NCBI GenBank assembly: GCA_951406725.2
Contig: OX597814.1
Span: forward strand, 160,704,001-160,768,000
DNA length: 64,000 bases
Source of the DNA: Octopus vulgaris
Taxonomy: Eukaryota
Reading direction: 5' to 3'
In this document: positions 1 to 11,917 of the stretch, in pieces
Numbering within the stretch: position 1 is the first letter of the stretch
How the letters are laid out: every line of letters starts with the position of its first letter
Made by a program: the position numbers and the translations under genes
The notes under the pieces: model-generated
Database searches by the model: none
The model's input: only the letters and a program-made list of their open reading frames with translations
What the model was told of the DNA's origin: nothing

Positions 1-1983
1 TGATGTCAGTAAATTGGGAGATTCAACATATTCAACTCCAATTCCACACATACAGTTTTTTTAATCAATTTTGTAAGATTAAACTTTTTAATCTTCTACG
101 ATGTAGTTTTATTCCATATAATCTTTCATATTACATCCCTCTCTCTTTTATATTTAAACACTGCTTTAATCTTAATAAGGAAGGGCTATGAATTTAAATT
201 TAATTACTTTTAAAAATGAACATTTGTTAGGTTGATTTAGGTGCTCAAAAATCTAAAGTACATCAATGTTAAAACTAAAAGACTGAACTCAGAAACAAGG
301 ACATTCCCAATTTTCCTTTGTCATAGTTTTATAATTTATCACTTTTAATAAAAACAGGCCCCCACATATTTTCAACACTCAAACTCTCACCTTTACATTC
401 TTATAATTGTAACCCTCCATGTCCATCTCAAATCATATGCATAAAGGACCACATCAGATCATGTGTCCCATATACTCTGCCATTATTCCATTCTGTTCTC
501 CATTTCCCTCTATTTTCCCCTAGCTATTTGATATCAACATCCATCATTTGCTCACCATTTATTCACCTCTTACTATCCACCATTCATCTCTTCCACTACG
601 CTCTCATCCCAATTACTGTTTCTACCTTCACATTTTTGCTTTCTTCTCCTGTCACTATTGCTCTCCTCTGATCAGTTCCTCAGCCAAATAGAAAAGACCA
701 AGTGAACACACACATCATAAAAGGGTGACAACTTCTAATCTTACAGGATACAATACAACTCCACTTGTTAATGTTATCTTGAGATACTCAGTAAAATGGT
801 TTGTGAACAAATGACGCTGTGGGGATGAAGGGATCTTTTAGTTTTGTCAAAGATATGGCAATCTCCTTGGTGCTAAGACTATGATAAAAGGCACCCAGTA
901 AACTCTGAAAAGTTGTTGATGTTATGAAGGACATACAGTTGTAGAAATCATTGCCAAAAAGTGAAACTTAGAAGCAAGATGTAGTTCTCCAACCCATCAA
1001 AGAGAACACAAATGATTAACCAAACCATTCCAGCATGGAAAGCAGGCACAAAATGAAAACATGGGGAGAAGAGGAATGTATAGTATTAAGTATCAAAGTC
1101 TTTTTTGCTGTACAGTTTGGTCACGGACACTTATTCCCTGTTATATTCCAGCTTTTATAGATGTACAACAATAGACTGATACATAATTATATATATAATT
1201 AATAATCAATTTATATAATATGATACAGAATACAAAATAAAATGACAATGAATACAATGGTATTGGTGTTTTTTTTTAAAATAAAATAAGCATATAAATA
1301 TTGAAATGAATATCAAAATTAAATAAAAAGTAATTCATAAATATTTAGGAAGTAGAAAATATGATACTGGTTTGCAACAGAGCTGCATATGATCTGATAA
1401 AGACAGGAGAGTCACTAATACAATTGACTTTTGTTGAGGTCTAACTAAATAATCCCAGGACAGAGTACATTTGTACTAATGAGAAATATTTTATAGGAAC
1501 TTTAGAATAATGCGATGAAGATGGTGTGGAGTAGGGGTTGACTGGAGTAGGATGGTGTCATAGAGAATGAAGTGGAAGTAGAATAGAGTGATAGAGTGGC
1601 ATAGTATGGAGTGAAGCGACATGATAATAGAGCAGCGTGACTGGCACAAGTGGAGATTTTCTGTGTGAAGTGGTGTTATGTGATGTGGAGTAGTATTACA
1701 GCATGTACAATGGAGTGGCATCTGATGCAGAATGGAGTGGAATGAGGTGCAGAGCAGAGTGATGGCATGAGGAAGAGAGTGATGGTGGGAGCAGTGAGGG
1801 GGACTGAGCATGTAAGATAAGAAGCCTGTGAGTGAGTGAATAACAAAGTGTAAAAATCATATATTCAAAACAAAACACCTGAATGAATTAAATACATTCA
1901 CAGATCAAGAAAAGAAAATAATGCCCAAGGTTCCTCATAAGATGCTTTCTTTCTTCAATTACCCATATCTACATCTACATTTG

Positions 1984-2285
1984 AAGGCATGTGGCTTAGT
2001 GGTTAAGGTGTTCGGCTCATGATCATAAGGTCATGAGTTCAATTCCTGGTGGCACATTGTGTCCTTGAGCAAGACATTTTATTTCACGTTGCTCCAGTCT
2101 ATTCAGCTGGCAAAACATGTGTAGTACTTGTATTTCTGTCACATTCTGAATCTCTCCAAGAACTACATTAAGGGTATGCATGTTTGTGGAGTGCTCAGCC
2201 ACTTTTGCCCATTAATTTCACAAACAGGCTGTTCTGTTGATTGGATCAACTGCAAACTTCATCACCATAACCAAGAGAGTGCCAG
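1984..2285 (+). mobile_element. tRNA-derived SINE
   Basis: A box TGGCTTAGTGG and B box GAGTTCAATTCC, followed by the tgtccttgagcaagaca core shared with other copies. Confidence 0.85.
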
Positions 2286-2370
2286 TACATTATTTACAAT
2301 AGACAGATAGGTGTCCTCATCTTGTTTGCTGTTATCACAACATTTCAGCTGATATACTCTCCAGCCTTAG
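2285..2370 (-). mobile_element. Older degenerate copy of the same Penelope terminal sequence
   Basis: gtacattatttacaatagacagataggtgtcctcatcttgtttgctgttatcacaacatttcagctgatatactctccagcctt aligns to 8356-8436. Confidence 0.75.
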
Positions 2371-3719
2371 TATACAGGACATCCATATACTGCAAGCCAA
2401 CCTTCCTTGGATCTAAGTTCAAACCCAAACCTGGATCAAAAATACATTTAATATGTAAAAAATCTATCTTATTTAACTGTGATGGTTTGGTGTCTCATTC
2501 AGGGGGAATGTTGTGATCTCAGTCACTTCTATCTGTCATAGAAACCAGGCAAAAGGCCTTTTGAGTCCTTGGACTCTAGACAGTATTCACAATATCTTCC
2601 ACAATATTCTTATCTTCTATCTTCTACTTGTTTCATTCATTAGGCTGCAACAATATTAGGGCACCACCTTGAAGGATTTTTAGCTGAATGAATCAACCCC
2701 AGTACTTTTTCGTTTTTAAGCTGGGTACTTTTATTAATTATTAGTCTGTTTTGCCAAACTGCTATGATATGGTGACAAACACATCAGGCATTGCTATATG
2801 ATGAGTTCACTTTGCCAACACAAACATGTGCCCCTAGGTTTCATAGCAGCGCATTGAGTATGTCTTTTTACTGCTATCTCAGTGTGAGAAATAACTTGAG
2901 TGGAGTTTGGCAGATAGAAAATGTGTGGTAACCATTGTGTGGGTGTGTGACTGTGTGCACATGTATATGCATGTGTGCGAGTGTGTGCATGTGTGAGCAA
3001 GTGTGTGTATGCATGCAAGTGTGTGCATGCATGCAAGTGTGCACATGCATGCAAGTGTGCGCATGTATGAATGTGTGCAAGTTCATGTGTGTATGTGCGT
3101 GAGTTTGTATGTGCCTATGTATAGATATGTTCATGCATATTTGTGTAAGTGCAGTTATGGCCATGTGATTAGGAAATACACTTTGCAACCATGAGGTTTT
3201 GCACTTGTTCCCACTGCATTGTGCTGCGGAACAGTGTCTTCTTGGGCTGACCAATGCCTTGTGAGAGAAATTTGTATGTGGAAATTTTGGGAGATTTATC
3301 ATTGAGGTGGGGCTCGAGTGTTCATGTCTTCCCATATCTTGCTATTGTTTACATGCTGTGAAAACGTCATTAATGCCACTATAGAAAATTTGCCTTGACA
3401 AGTCTCATTTGACCTATTTTGATATAGAAATATGAATGTAGAAGTAGTAGTTGTTGTTGTTGTGGTGGTGGTGGTGGTCATGGTGCTGTATTTATGTGCA
3501 CATATTTTTCATTAATTTATATCTCTGTAGGATATAACCATCAGCAACAGAAAACAAAATAGTAGAAATCATGTTTTATGGATAAAATCCTTTGCCTTGA
3601 GTTAAGATAAATCCCAGAGATTTTTGTCATCAGAAATGCAGTGAACCAGTACTTGGCTTGTTGCAAAAATATTAACTAATGACATTAATAGCAAATTGTA
3701 ATAGTAAATGAATCTGTTA

Positions 3720-4120
3720 TCTCATTTTAGTCATTGGATGGCAGCCAGTTAGGGTACTACCTTGAAGCATTTATTTGAATAAATTGACCCCAGTACTTAT
3801 TTTTAAGTCTGGCACTTGTGCTATCAGTCTCTTATTGAACTGCTAAGCCACAGACATGTAAACAAACCAACACTGGTTATCAAGCAGGGAATGGACAGAC
3901 ACAAATGCACACACATGTACATATGATGGGCTTCCTTCTCACAAATGCACACACATGTACATATGATGGGCTTCCTATAGTTTCCTTCTCACAAATTCAC
4001 TCACATGACATTGGTCAGCCAAGGGCTTTAGAAGAAGACACTTGCTCAAGGTGTCATGCAGTGGGACTGAACTCAAAACCAGACAGTTACAATGTGTGCT
4101 TTTTAAGCACACAGCTATGT
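3720..4120 (-). mobile_element. tRNA-derived SINE with an internal 40-bp tandem duplication
   Basis: Same family as 46635-47030; the duplicated unit starts at 3901 and 3941. Confidence 0.8.
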
Positions 4121-4818
4121 CTACACCTATATAAATAAAATCCCCAGTAAATTAAATTTAATGCATCTACATCTCCATCTTAGGTTACAAGCAAACATTT
4201 ATTCTCTACTAAAAAACCCTCAAAACTAATGTACCTTAAGACTGCATTAACCTCCAGCTTCTTATTTCTATCTAACTTCAAGAGGGTTCCCTCATGCTAC
4301 AGTAATGTTTTTTAGTCTATAGAGACAACAACATACACACACTCACACAGAGAAATAGAGGGTTCCCCATTCCCATTATTTATAAAAAAAAAAACATTCA
4401 AAAATGTGTAGCACAGCTCTCTTCTACTAAACTAGTCTGACCATTTATTTCGCTCTTTCATAGAAAAACAAATTAATGACCCAATTACGCTTTATCAAGC
4501 ATTCAGCCAGCCAACTACTATGGTTTCATTTTGATTAAAATAATTATGAACTTTTAAACAGCAAAACCTGTATATAAAATAAAATAAAATGGGAAAAAAA
4601 AAAAAACGAATCTTCTCTTCATAGCTATCAATGCAACTATTAATGCCTCTAAGAATACTTGTGAAGCACAATGGAAACTAGGAAAACAGGAAATGAAAAT
4701 CAGAACTGAATACATTGTTAAATGATCAGAGAAAGCATGAACGTGCAGACTGTCGGAGATAAGGAGAGTATATAGATGTGTGTGTTCAGCTCTAATACTT
4801 CAATTGATAACAACTTAC

Positions 4819-4902
4819 ATGATTGAATCTCCGAGTAAAAGCTACTACATTGGGGGCTTTGATCAACTTTTCTTTTGTGGTCCATGCACAAGAAGTCAGC
4901 TC
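4819..4902 (-). CDS. RALGPS: RalGPS-family Ral GEF, coding exon (84 nt, phase 0/0): [28 protein letters not shown]
   Basis: Acceptor tgtattgtag and donor gtaagt on the minus strand. The translation matches the RalGPS1/2 CDC25-domain segment ([24 protein letters not shown]) and is in frame with the 11783-11833 exon. Confidence 0.95.
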
Positions 4903-5580
4903 CTACAATACATGAAAGTAAATTTGAGATTAAATAAAAGGCATTTAAGAGAACATTTTTCATTTCCTTTTTTTTTTTTTTTTTTTGAGGGGGTGGGAAT
5001 GTTCTTGTAAAACAAATATGAAAATCCGGGTAAAATTTTTAAATAACTTTAAATACATTAAAAAAAAAAAAAAAGAATCTCCCTGAAAGTATTCTAAATA
5101 AATAAATAAGAAATACCACATACTGACAAAATTTAATAAGCATTTTGATTTTTATTCATATTTTTACAAAAAAGGAACTAAAGACATAATATAATCATTG
5201 TCATTTAGCATTCATTTTTCATGCTGGTATGAGTTGGATAGGTCAGCATGATCCAATGAGTTGGAGGATTGTGTTGTGCTTCAATGTCTGTTTATACAAG
5301 CTTTCTACAGCTGAATGCTTTTCCTAATGCTAACCACTTTACCAAGTGAGTGCTCTTTTCATGGCACCAGTACTAGTTAGGCAATCTTGAATTTCAAAAA
5401 TAAGGGCTTGAAGTGGCCCCTATAACTGGAGAAGAATAGAAGAGAGAGTGCAATGTTTTTAGGTAATGATGGAGAAAGTTAACAGAGTGTTTGGAGAGTG
5501 AGTTTAAAAGAAATAGAGGAATAGGGAAGGAAGGGATTAGTGTCAGAGGTTAGTGAGAAAGGGAGGAGGATTGTGTAGAT

Positions 5581-5863
5581 CAGGGGTTATTTTGCTTGTG
5601 AACCCCCTGAGAGTTTTGTTATCTATGGACCCCAATATATGCACATGTAAGTTTTTGAAATAAAATATTTGTTTGTAGGTTAGTAAAAACTAACAATGAA
5701 ACAATTTCGTTTCATTCATAAATTCCAAATACAAATCTTAAAAATTTCAATAAATATAGGTACCTCTCCTAGTAAACAAAATTTATATATGGACCCACAA
5801 ATTAGAATCTTTTTACTTGTGGAGCTCCTAAAAGCTTCTGTGGGCCCCAGTTAGGAACCCCTG
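5581..5863. mobile_element. hAT (Charlie/MER5-like) MITE
   Basis: TIRs CAGGGGTT / AACCCCTG and an exact 8-bp TSD GTGTAGAT (5573-5580, 5864-5871). Confidence 0.9.
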
Positions 5864-8355
5864 GTGTAGATGGTCCAGGGCTATTCATTGAAGGAAAGAG
5901 AGGTGTAAGGGTGAGGTATGTATGTGAGTAGACCAAAGGAGAGAGATAAGAGAGTGGTAGTGAGGAGGCAGAGAAGCAATGGGGAGAGGACAGTGAGAGA
6001 AAAAGAGGTAGAGGATGGAATAGTGAATGAATGCAGTATGAACAACAGTGGGGGGGGGGCTCTGGAGAGTCTCATAGAGGGGAGAGGAGTAGAACAGTTT
6101 GAATACAGAGGAAACTAGCTACAAAATTAAAACAGTAGCGCCCAATTTTGGAATTTGGTAAAACTGAAATATTGGCCAATAAAACATTGGTAAAACCAGA
6201 GATTTGAATATAAGCTATGTAACAATTCTTCAAAATATATGTGTGTGTGTATATATATATAGACACACACACATACTGATAATGATCCTATATTTAGAAA
6301 CTTATAAACACATTATAATACACCAATACTCAGCAACTGATGTACAAGAAATGCAATTATAGAGCCCTAAAGTAACAAGATATATTTAGACATCTGCCAG
6401 CATTCTCTTTCTCTCTAAATTTCTTATAATAAAAGGATTTGGGGAAAATGAAATTAGATATACTTCTTTAATTCTAAATTTGCTTATTTTATGAGTGAAT
6501 GTGAATGCACACACATTTTAATAGTCTCTCATCATAGTAGACATTCATTCCCAACTGAACATAAAATATACCTAAAATATAGAATTAGCTTTCTTTAATA
6601 AAATACTTCAAGTTTTTGTTTAAAACAGGAAGTAAGGAAGTCAAAAATATTCCTGCCTTTCTTGTACAACAAACATAGATAAGCTCAGCACTTTACTTGT
6701 AAAAAACAGTGAACAAAGGATATATTTAAAGAGATGTAAGCTGGTAATTGTTTTTGCATCCTTGTTAAATTTTTTACCCAAACAGTAGCTTATAAGTTCA
6801 CAATTTTATCAACAGAGAAGTAAAATAACAGGAAGATAGTTACAGTAATATTTCTATCACAGAAGCACTGTCTCTTATGGTTAGGAAACATAAAACATAA
6901 TGCACCCACAGAACAAAATAGGAAGTAGCACAATTAATGAATGTTTCGATAAGTGCAACTCTGAACGAATTATGAAAAAATGGAAAACATGTATTTCTTT
7001 CCTATCTTCTTTCGTATTTTTTAGAAGGAAAATAGGGAAAGAAAGAGATGATGGAGTGGGGGGGGGGTGAACACTACAAGAAGATATAGTGTAAACAAGT
7101 TGTTATTGGCAACAAATATAAGAGGCTAGCCACAAATCATTCTTGGAAAAAAACCAAACTCTCTCAGAATCCCCACTTGGTAGTAAATAGTATGGGGAAT
7201 AGTAGAAAACATGGCAGTAGCTGTTCCCCAGCTTGTTATTACTTTCAATACCAATCTGTCAATGAGTACTCATGTTTCTGTCTGGAGATTAATTGGAGAG
7301 TGAAATATTTGACCTTAACAACATTCAGGAAATACCTCAGTAGATAAACTGTACAGCAGCCAGATACTGAGGAGGAGGAGAAGAAGGAAGGGGTGAAGGA
7401 GTGGACTAGGAAAGAGAAGATCTTTTATAGCTCCCTAATGATCGGGGAAATTTTACATCTCAATTATGACATCTTAAGTAGATTACCATTAAAAACACTA
7501 TGTAATGAGATTAAGTAAACTTACATGGCAATAAAATTACAAATTTTACCAAGCATTCCATAAGAAGCAGAATGTTTAACAACGCAAGTTCAATAGACTA
7601 GAGTTGAACTGTGAATGGAGGTCAATGGAACAATTCACATTCAATTTCATTACAAACTAAATGACTATGTCAAAATATAAGGAGATCTAACGTCAAAGAA
7701 ATATCCTGAAAAAATGTAGAAAAGAACCAATATGATAAGAAAGAGAAAAAGAAAGAGAGAGAGAGAAAGAGAAAGAAAGAGAAAGAAAGAGAGAGAGAGA
7801 GAGAGAGAAAGAAAGAACAAGATCCTTCAAAATTACACATTTAGTCATTTTATGACCATATTTCTAATAAAATAATTCTTTTATTCTTTTCCTTTTTTTC
7901 AATTAGTGGATTAAAGCCATAATGGAGCTTGAAGGCTTTTGTTAATCAAATTAACTCTCAGTCCTTCTTTTAAGTTTGGTATTTACTTATTCAATTAGTG
8001 TTTTTTACCAAACAATCAAGCTATAAGGACATTAAAAAAAAACCTATCTCTGAGAGCAGGAGTCAAATGCATGCACACACAACTGGTGCTCCATCGGTTA
8101 CAACAACAAGGCTTCCAGTTGATCTGATCAGAACAGACTGCTCATAAAACTAACGTGCAAGTGGCTGAGCACTACACAGACACATGTACCTTTAGCCCTT
8201 TCGTTACCAACCCGGCTGAAAGCGGCTCTGGCAAATGTTTTGTTTACATAAGTTTTGAACTAAAATCTTCCACTAAACCTTAGTCACAATTTTTGTTCCT
8301 AGCACTAGCTTAATGATAACTAAGTTATTTTACTAAATTCTTTGTTATATTTAGC

Positions 8356-8781
8356 GTACATTATTTACATTCGACAGATATTTGTCCTCATCTTGTTTGT
8401 TGTTAACACGTTTCGGCTGATATACCCTCCAGCCTTCTTCAGATGTCTTGGGGAAATTTCGAACCTGGGTTCTCATTCCTAAGGTATTCTTTGATATTAT
8501 TATTATTGTTGTTGTTGTTGTTGTTCACGTCATGTGAATCGACTGGTATCATTATATTCAAGCCAGGTGGTATTAGCTTTGAGTCTCTACATCTACGTAA
8601 GAAAGTTAGATGGTTTGAAAGACGAGCTAGTTTTTGATGGAGTTTCTCTATATGTCTCCTTTGAAGTCTAATGCCGGCTCCGTACTGATTAGATAATACA
8701 GTTCTATATTTAAGAGATGAGGAATTATGTACGTTATTTACATTCGACGGATATTTGTCCTCATCTTGTTTGTTGTTAACA
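8356..8781 (-). mobile_element. Penelope-like retroelement fragment with partial terminal direct repeat and ORF N-terminus
   Basis: About 53-bp direct repeat (8356-8408 and 8729-8781: gtacrttatttacattcgacrgatatttgtcctcatcttgtttgttgttaaca). ORF 8439-8807 contains KLARLSNHLTFLRRCRDSKLIPPGLNI, typical of PLE N-termini. A hammerhead-like core lies at 8405-8447. Confidence 0.8.
8405..8447 (-). ncRNA. Minimal type-I hammerhead ribozyme remnant (cleavage triplet missing)
   Basis: GACAU-CUGAAGA-A-GGCUG-loop-CAGCC-GAAA-C-GUGUU: core boxes, stem II and stem I are present; the NUH triplet is absent. Confidence 0.6.
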
Positions 8782-9473
8782 ATATCTAACGTAATTGAAA
8801 GAAACACAGAACATCAAAAATTGATACAGTAATGAAAGGGTTAATGTAGTTTTCAGGAAGATTCAGTGTAACACAATATGACAAGGCTGGCCCTTTGAAT
8901 TACAGGTAAGTGAACTGGAGCATCATGAAACGAAGCTTTTTGCTCAAGAACACGATATACTACTTAGTCCAGAAAACAAACCATGATCTAGCAATCATGA
9001 ATGCAACACCCTAACCACTAGGCCACGCATCTTCACACACACACAATATATATATATAATGTGGTAATGTAAAAGTTGACAGTGACTTTGAAGTTTCAGC
9101 TTGCTTGCATTAGTTAGCTGAGGATTAATTATACTTTTTTTTCCCCCCTGGTGTAAACCGAATATTAATTTACTGCAACTAAATGAAGTACTTGTTAAAA
9201 TAGGGAAAGCATTTTATTAGCAGCAACATTGGACAAAAGGACACAATAGATGTCATCCTTGACTGCATTGTGCCAATAAAAAAATATCAAATAACAAAAA
9301 AAAAAAACAATGGTCATAACTGGAATGTTTTTGATCAGGGCTGACAACACTTAAATTGTCTTTTCTAGTCATAGATGTAAACAAAAACATCATTGTATCT
9401 ATTTCTAGGTAAGACGAGCTATTGAAAGTTTATAAATAATTGAAATGTACCTATTTGTGTCTAGTTACTGTTA

Positions 9474-10743
9474 CGAGGGGTGTTCAATAAGTAATGCCCC
9501 TGACCCACTTCCCATAGCAGTAGAGCAACGACACTTGGCACAGTTATTAGTCTTTTCCTACATAGGAACTACCCAGAGTTATGCATTTCTCCCATTGTTT
9601 GATACAGCTCTGGAGACCGTTTTTGTAGAAGACCGCAGCTTGGTCCTCCAACCACGACGTGACTTCAGAAATCAAGGCTGCATCATCTGAGAAACGCTTT
9701 CCTTTCAAAATCAACTTCATGGCTGGGAAGAGGTGAAAATCAGAGGGTGCAAGGGGAGGAGTTCATAGCTGCATGCCTGTGCTTCTCATCTGGCGACACG
9801 TGAGTTGTGGACCGGAGCGTTGTCCTGCAGGAGGAGGATGCCTTTGCTGATCTTGCCCCGCCTCTTGATTTTGATAGCTTCTCTTAATTTCCTCAAAAGT
9901 GAAGCATAATAGGCTCCTGTAATTGTGGTACCCTTTGCCAGGAAATCTGTCATCACTACTCCGTCCTGGTCCCAGAAGACTGTGAGCATAACCTTGTCAG
10001 CGGAGGGCTGCACCCTTGCCTTCTTTGGAGGAGGTGAGTCACGGTGCTTTCACTGCATTGACTGGGCTTTGGTCTATGGATCATAGTGATGGACCCAGGT
10101 TTTATCCTGTGTGATCAGTCTTTTGAAAAATTTTGACTCATCTTCTTGGCACACCTCCAAATTCATACTCGAGCACTCAACGCGTTCTTGCTTCTGGAAA
10201 GGTGTGAGCAACCTGGAAATCCATCTGGCAGACACCTTTTGCAAATGCAAATGGTATTGAATGATAGTTTCCACAGACCCGGTACTAATCTTGACCTTAT
10301 GGGCTATTTGGCGAATAGTTATGCGTTGACCTTCCAAAATGACAGCCTCAACTTGACGGACAGACGTCTCATCAACTGCAGAAGGGGGCGACCAGATCTG
10401 GGAGCTGTTTCCACAGAGTTCCGACTATGTTTGAATTCACAATGCCAGCATTTTACAAGGTCATATGATGGGGCATCATCACCATAAGTTACTTTCATTT
10501 CATCAAAAGTCTCCCGTGGTGTGCGTCCTTTCAAATACAAAAACCAGATCACTGCTCGACACTCAACAGGCTCCATTTCACACTTGACTCAGTTCAAACA
10601 CCTGTAAATCAGAAACCACAATTAGTTCAGAGCTGTAATTCGCCACTTAATCTATAGAGCTATAAATAAGTGCACATGCAAAATTTCAGCTATATCAAAC
10701 AACTGCAAGTGGGTCAGGGGCATTACTTATTGAACACCCCTCG
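9474..10743 (-). mobile_element. Full-length (1270 bp) defective mariner DNA transposon, irritans/Himar-like
   Basis: Perfect 37-bp TIRs (CGAGGGGTGTTCAATAAGTAATGCCCCTGACCCACTT at 9474-9510; reverse complement at 10707-10743) with flanking TA duplication. The transposase starts at 10576 and is split by frameshifts and stops, with motifs RSGRP, ITQDKTWV, LLLQDNAPVH and LAPSDFHLFP. Confidence 0.97.
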
Positions 10744-11782
10744 TAGATCAACTCTTTGACCCTATGGCATTGACATAAGGCAGCACCAATAGCAAGAGTC
10801 AACCCATAGACTCTTTATGCAAGTCAACACTAATAAGTCATTTTATACTATTTTACAATAATACTAGCCAATAAAAAAAAAAAAATTTAACAGCAATCAT
10901 ATCCCTGTTCAAAACTGTCAAAATATGTTAAAAATTTGAAAAATTTCAAAATTTCTAATGTAAACTTGTAAGAGGGAAAGATTAAAAATTAGGAAATCTG
11001 AATGTTTTTTTATTTCTTTCCCTAAAATGCTAAAACATAATTTTTTAAATATCATAATACATAGTTTTTAATAGCAAATAAAGTTTATAAATAATTTTTT
11101 CAAGATATTTTTAGATTATAACCTCAGATCTAATCTAAAAACTAATCTTGACCAAAGTTATAAGTTTTCCCACTTATTTCTAATCTAAATGATAAAACAG
11201 TGATTCAAATAGAATTAGATAGGTAAAGTTCATAAATAACTGCTTTCAAATTAGGTCAGAAATGTGGAGGAGGGGCATGATTGATTATATCAAATACAGT
11301 ACTTGACTAGTACTTTATTTTATCAATCTCCAAAGCTGACCTTGGCAGAATTTAGAATCAATATGAAGCAGCAGAATACTACAAGGCATTTTTATTTAAT
11401 CATCATCATCGTTTAACGTCCGCTTTCCATGCTGGCATGGGTTGACAAATCTCTTAACTCACTGTTTTAAATAATTGTTTCTAAATTAGGTATGTCAGAA
11501 ACTTGAGGGGGAAGAAATAGTCAATCATATCAACTCCAGAACTTAACAAGTACTTTATTTTATTGACCTTGGTAGGACGAAATGTGTGGTTGACCTCTAT
11601 TTAAGAAAAAAAAAAAAAAAAGAAACCTAAAACCAGTTGCACATCAAAATCAAAGTTTACTAGATGAATTCATAGAACAATGACCATTAAAAGGCTGAAA
11701 GCAAAAACAGAATTTTTAACAATCTGATGATAAAAAATTAAATTAACACAAAAAGCAATGTAAAAAACAAAAGTTTCTTTAC

Positions 11783-11833
11783 CTCAGGTTGTATTGCTTG
11801 AAAGACAGGTAAATCCAATAAAGTTATTTGACT
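11783..11833 (-). CDS. RALGPS: RalGPS coding exon (51 nt, phase 0/0): SQITLLDLPVFQAIQPE
   Basis: ttttccag acceptor and gtaaag donor; matches RalGPS SQITLMDIPVFKAIQPE. Confidence 0.95.
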
Positions 11834-11917
11834 CTGGAAAATGAGATGAGAGAGAAAATCACAAAATGTGCCAATGATGAAATGAGCATTACTTATCTAA
11901 TTGTAAATAAGTAAAAA

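Larger units (their letters stand above)
8196..8840. mobile_element. piggyBac-type MITE interrupted by the Penelope fragment
   Basis: TIRs CCCTTTCGTTAC / GTAATGAAAGGG, flanked by TTAG (8192-8195) and TTAA (8841-8844). Confidence 0.8.
8081..9036 (-). mobile_element. tRNA-derived SINE split at its internal TTAA by the MITE
   Basis: The two halves rejoin to match the uninterrupted plus-strand relative at 1984-2285; tRNA-like head at ~8970-9035. Confidence 0.75.

Noticed and set aside
1491-1878. His/Leu-rich ORFs
   Set aside because: They arise from a degenerate pentameric (TGGAG/TAGAA-like) low-complexity tract; no splice signals or homology.
2794-3335. Overlapping 60-153-aa ORFs (HTHTH/CVCV)
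   Set aside because: Translations of a degenerate (GT/GCAT)n microsatellite plus a SINE head.
1-4818. Next RalGPS exon (expected ~V(S/N)FWV.REIL...)
   Set aside because: Not found on the minus strand by eye; it presumably lies beyond the left edge of the window.
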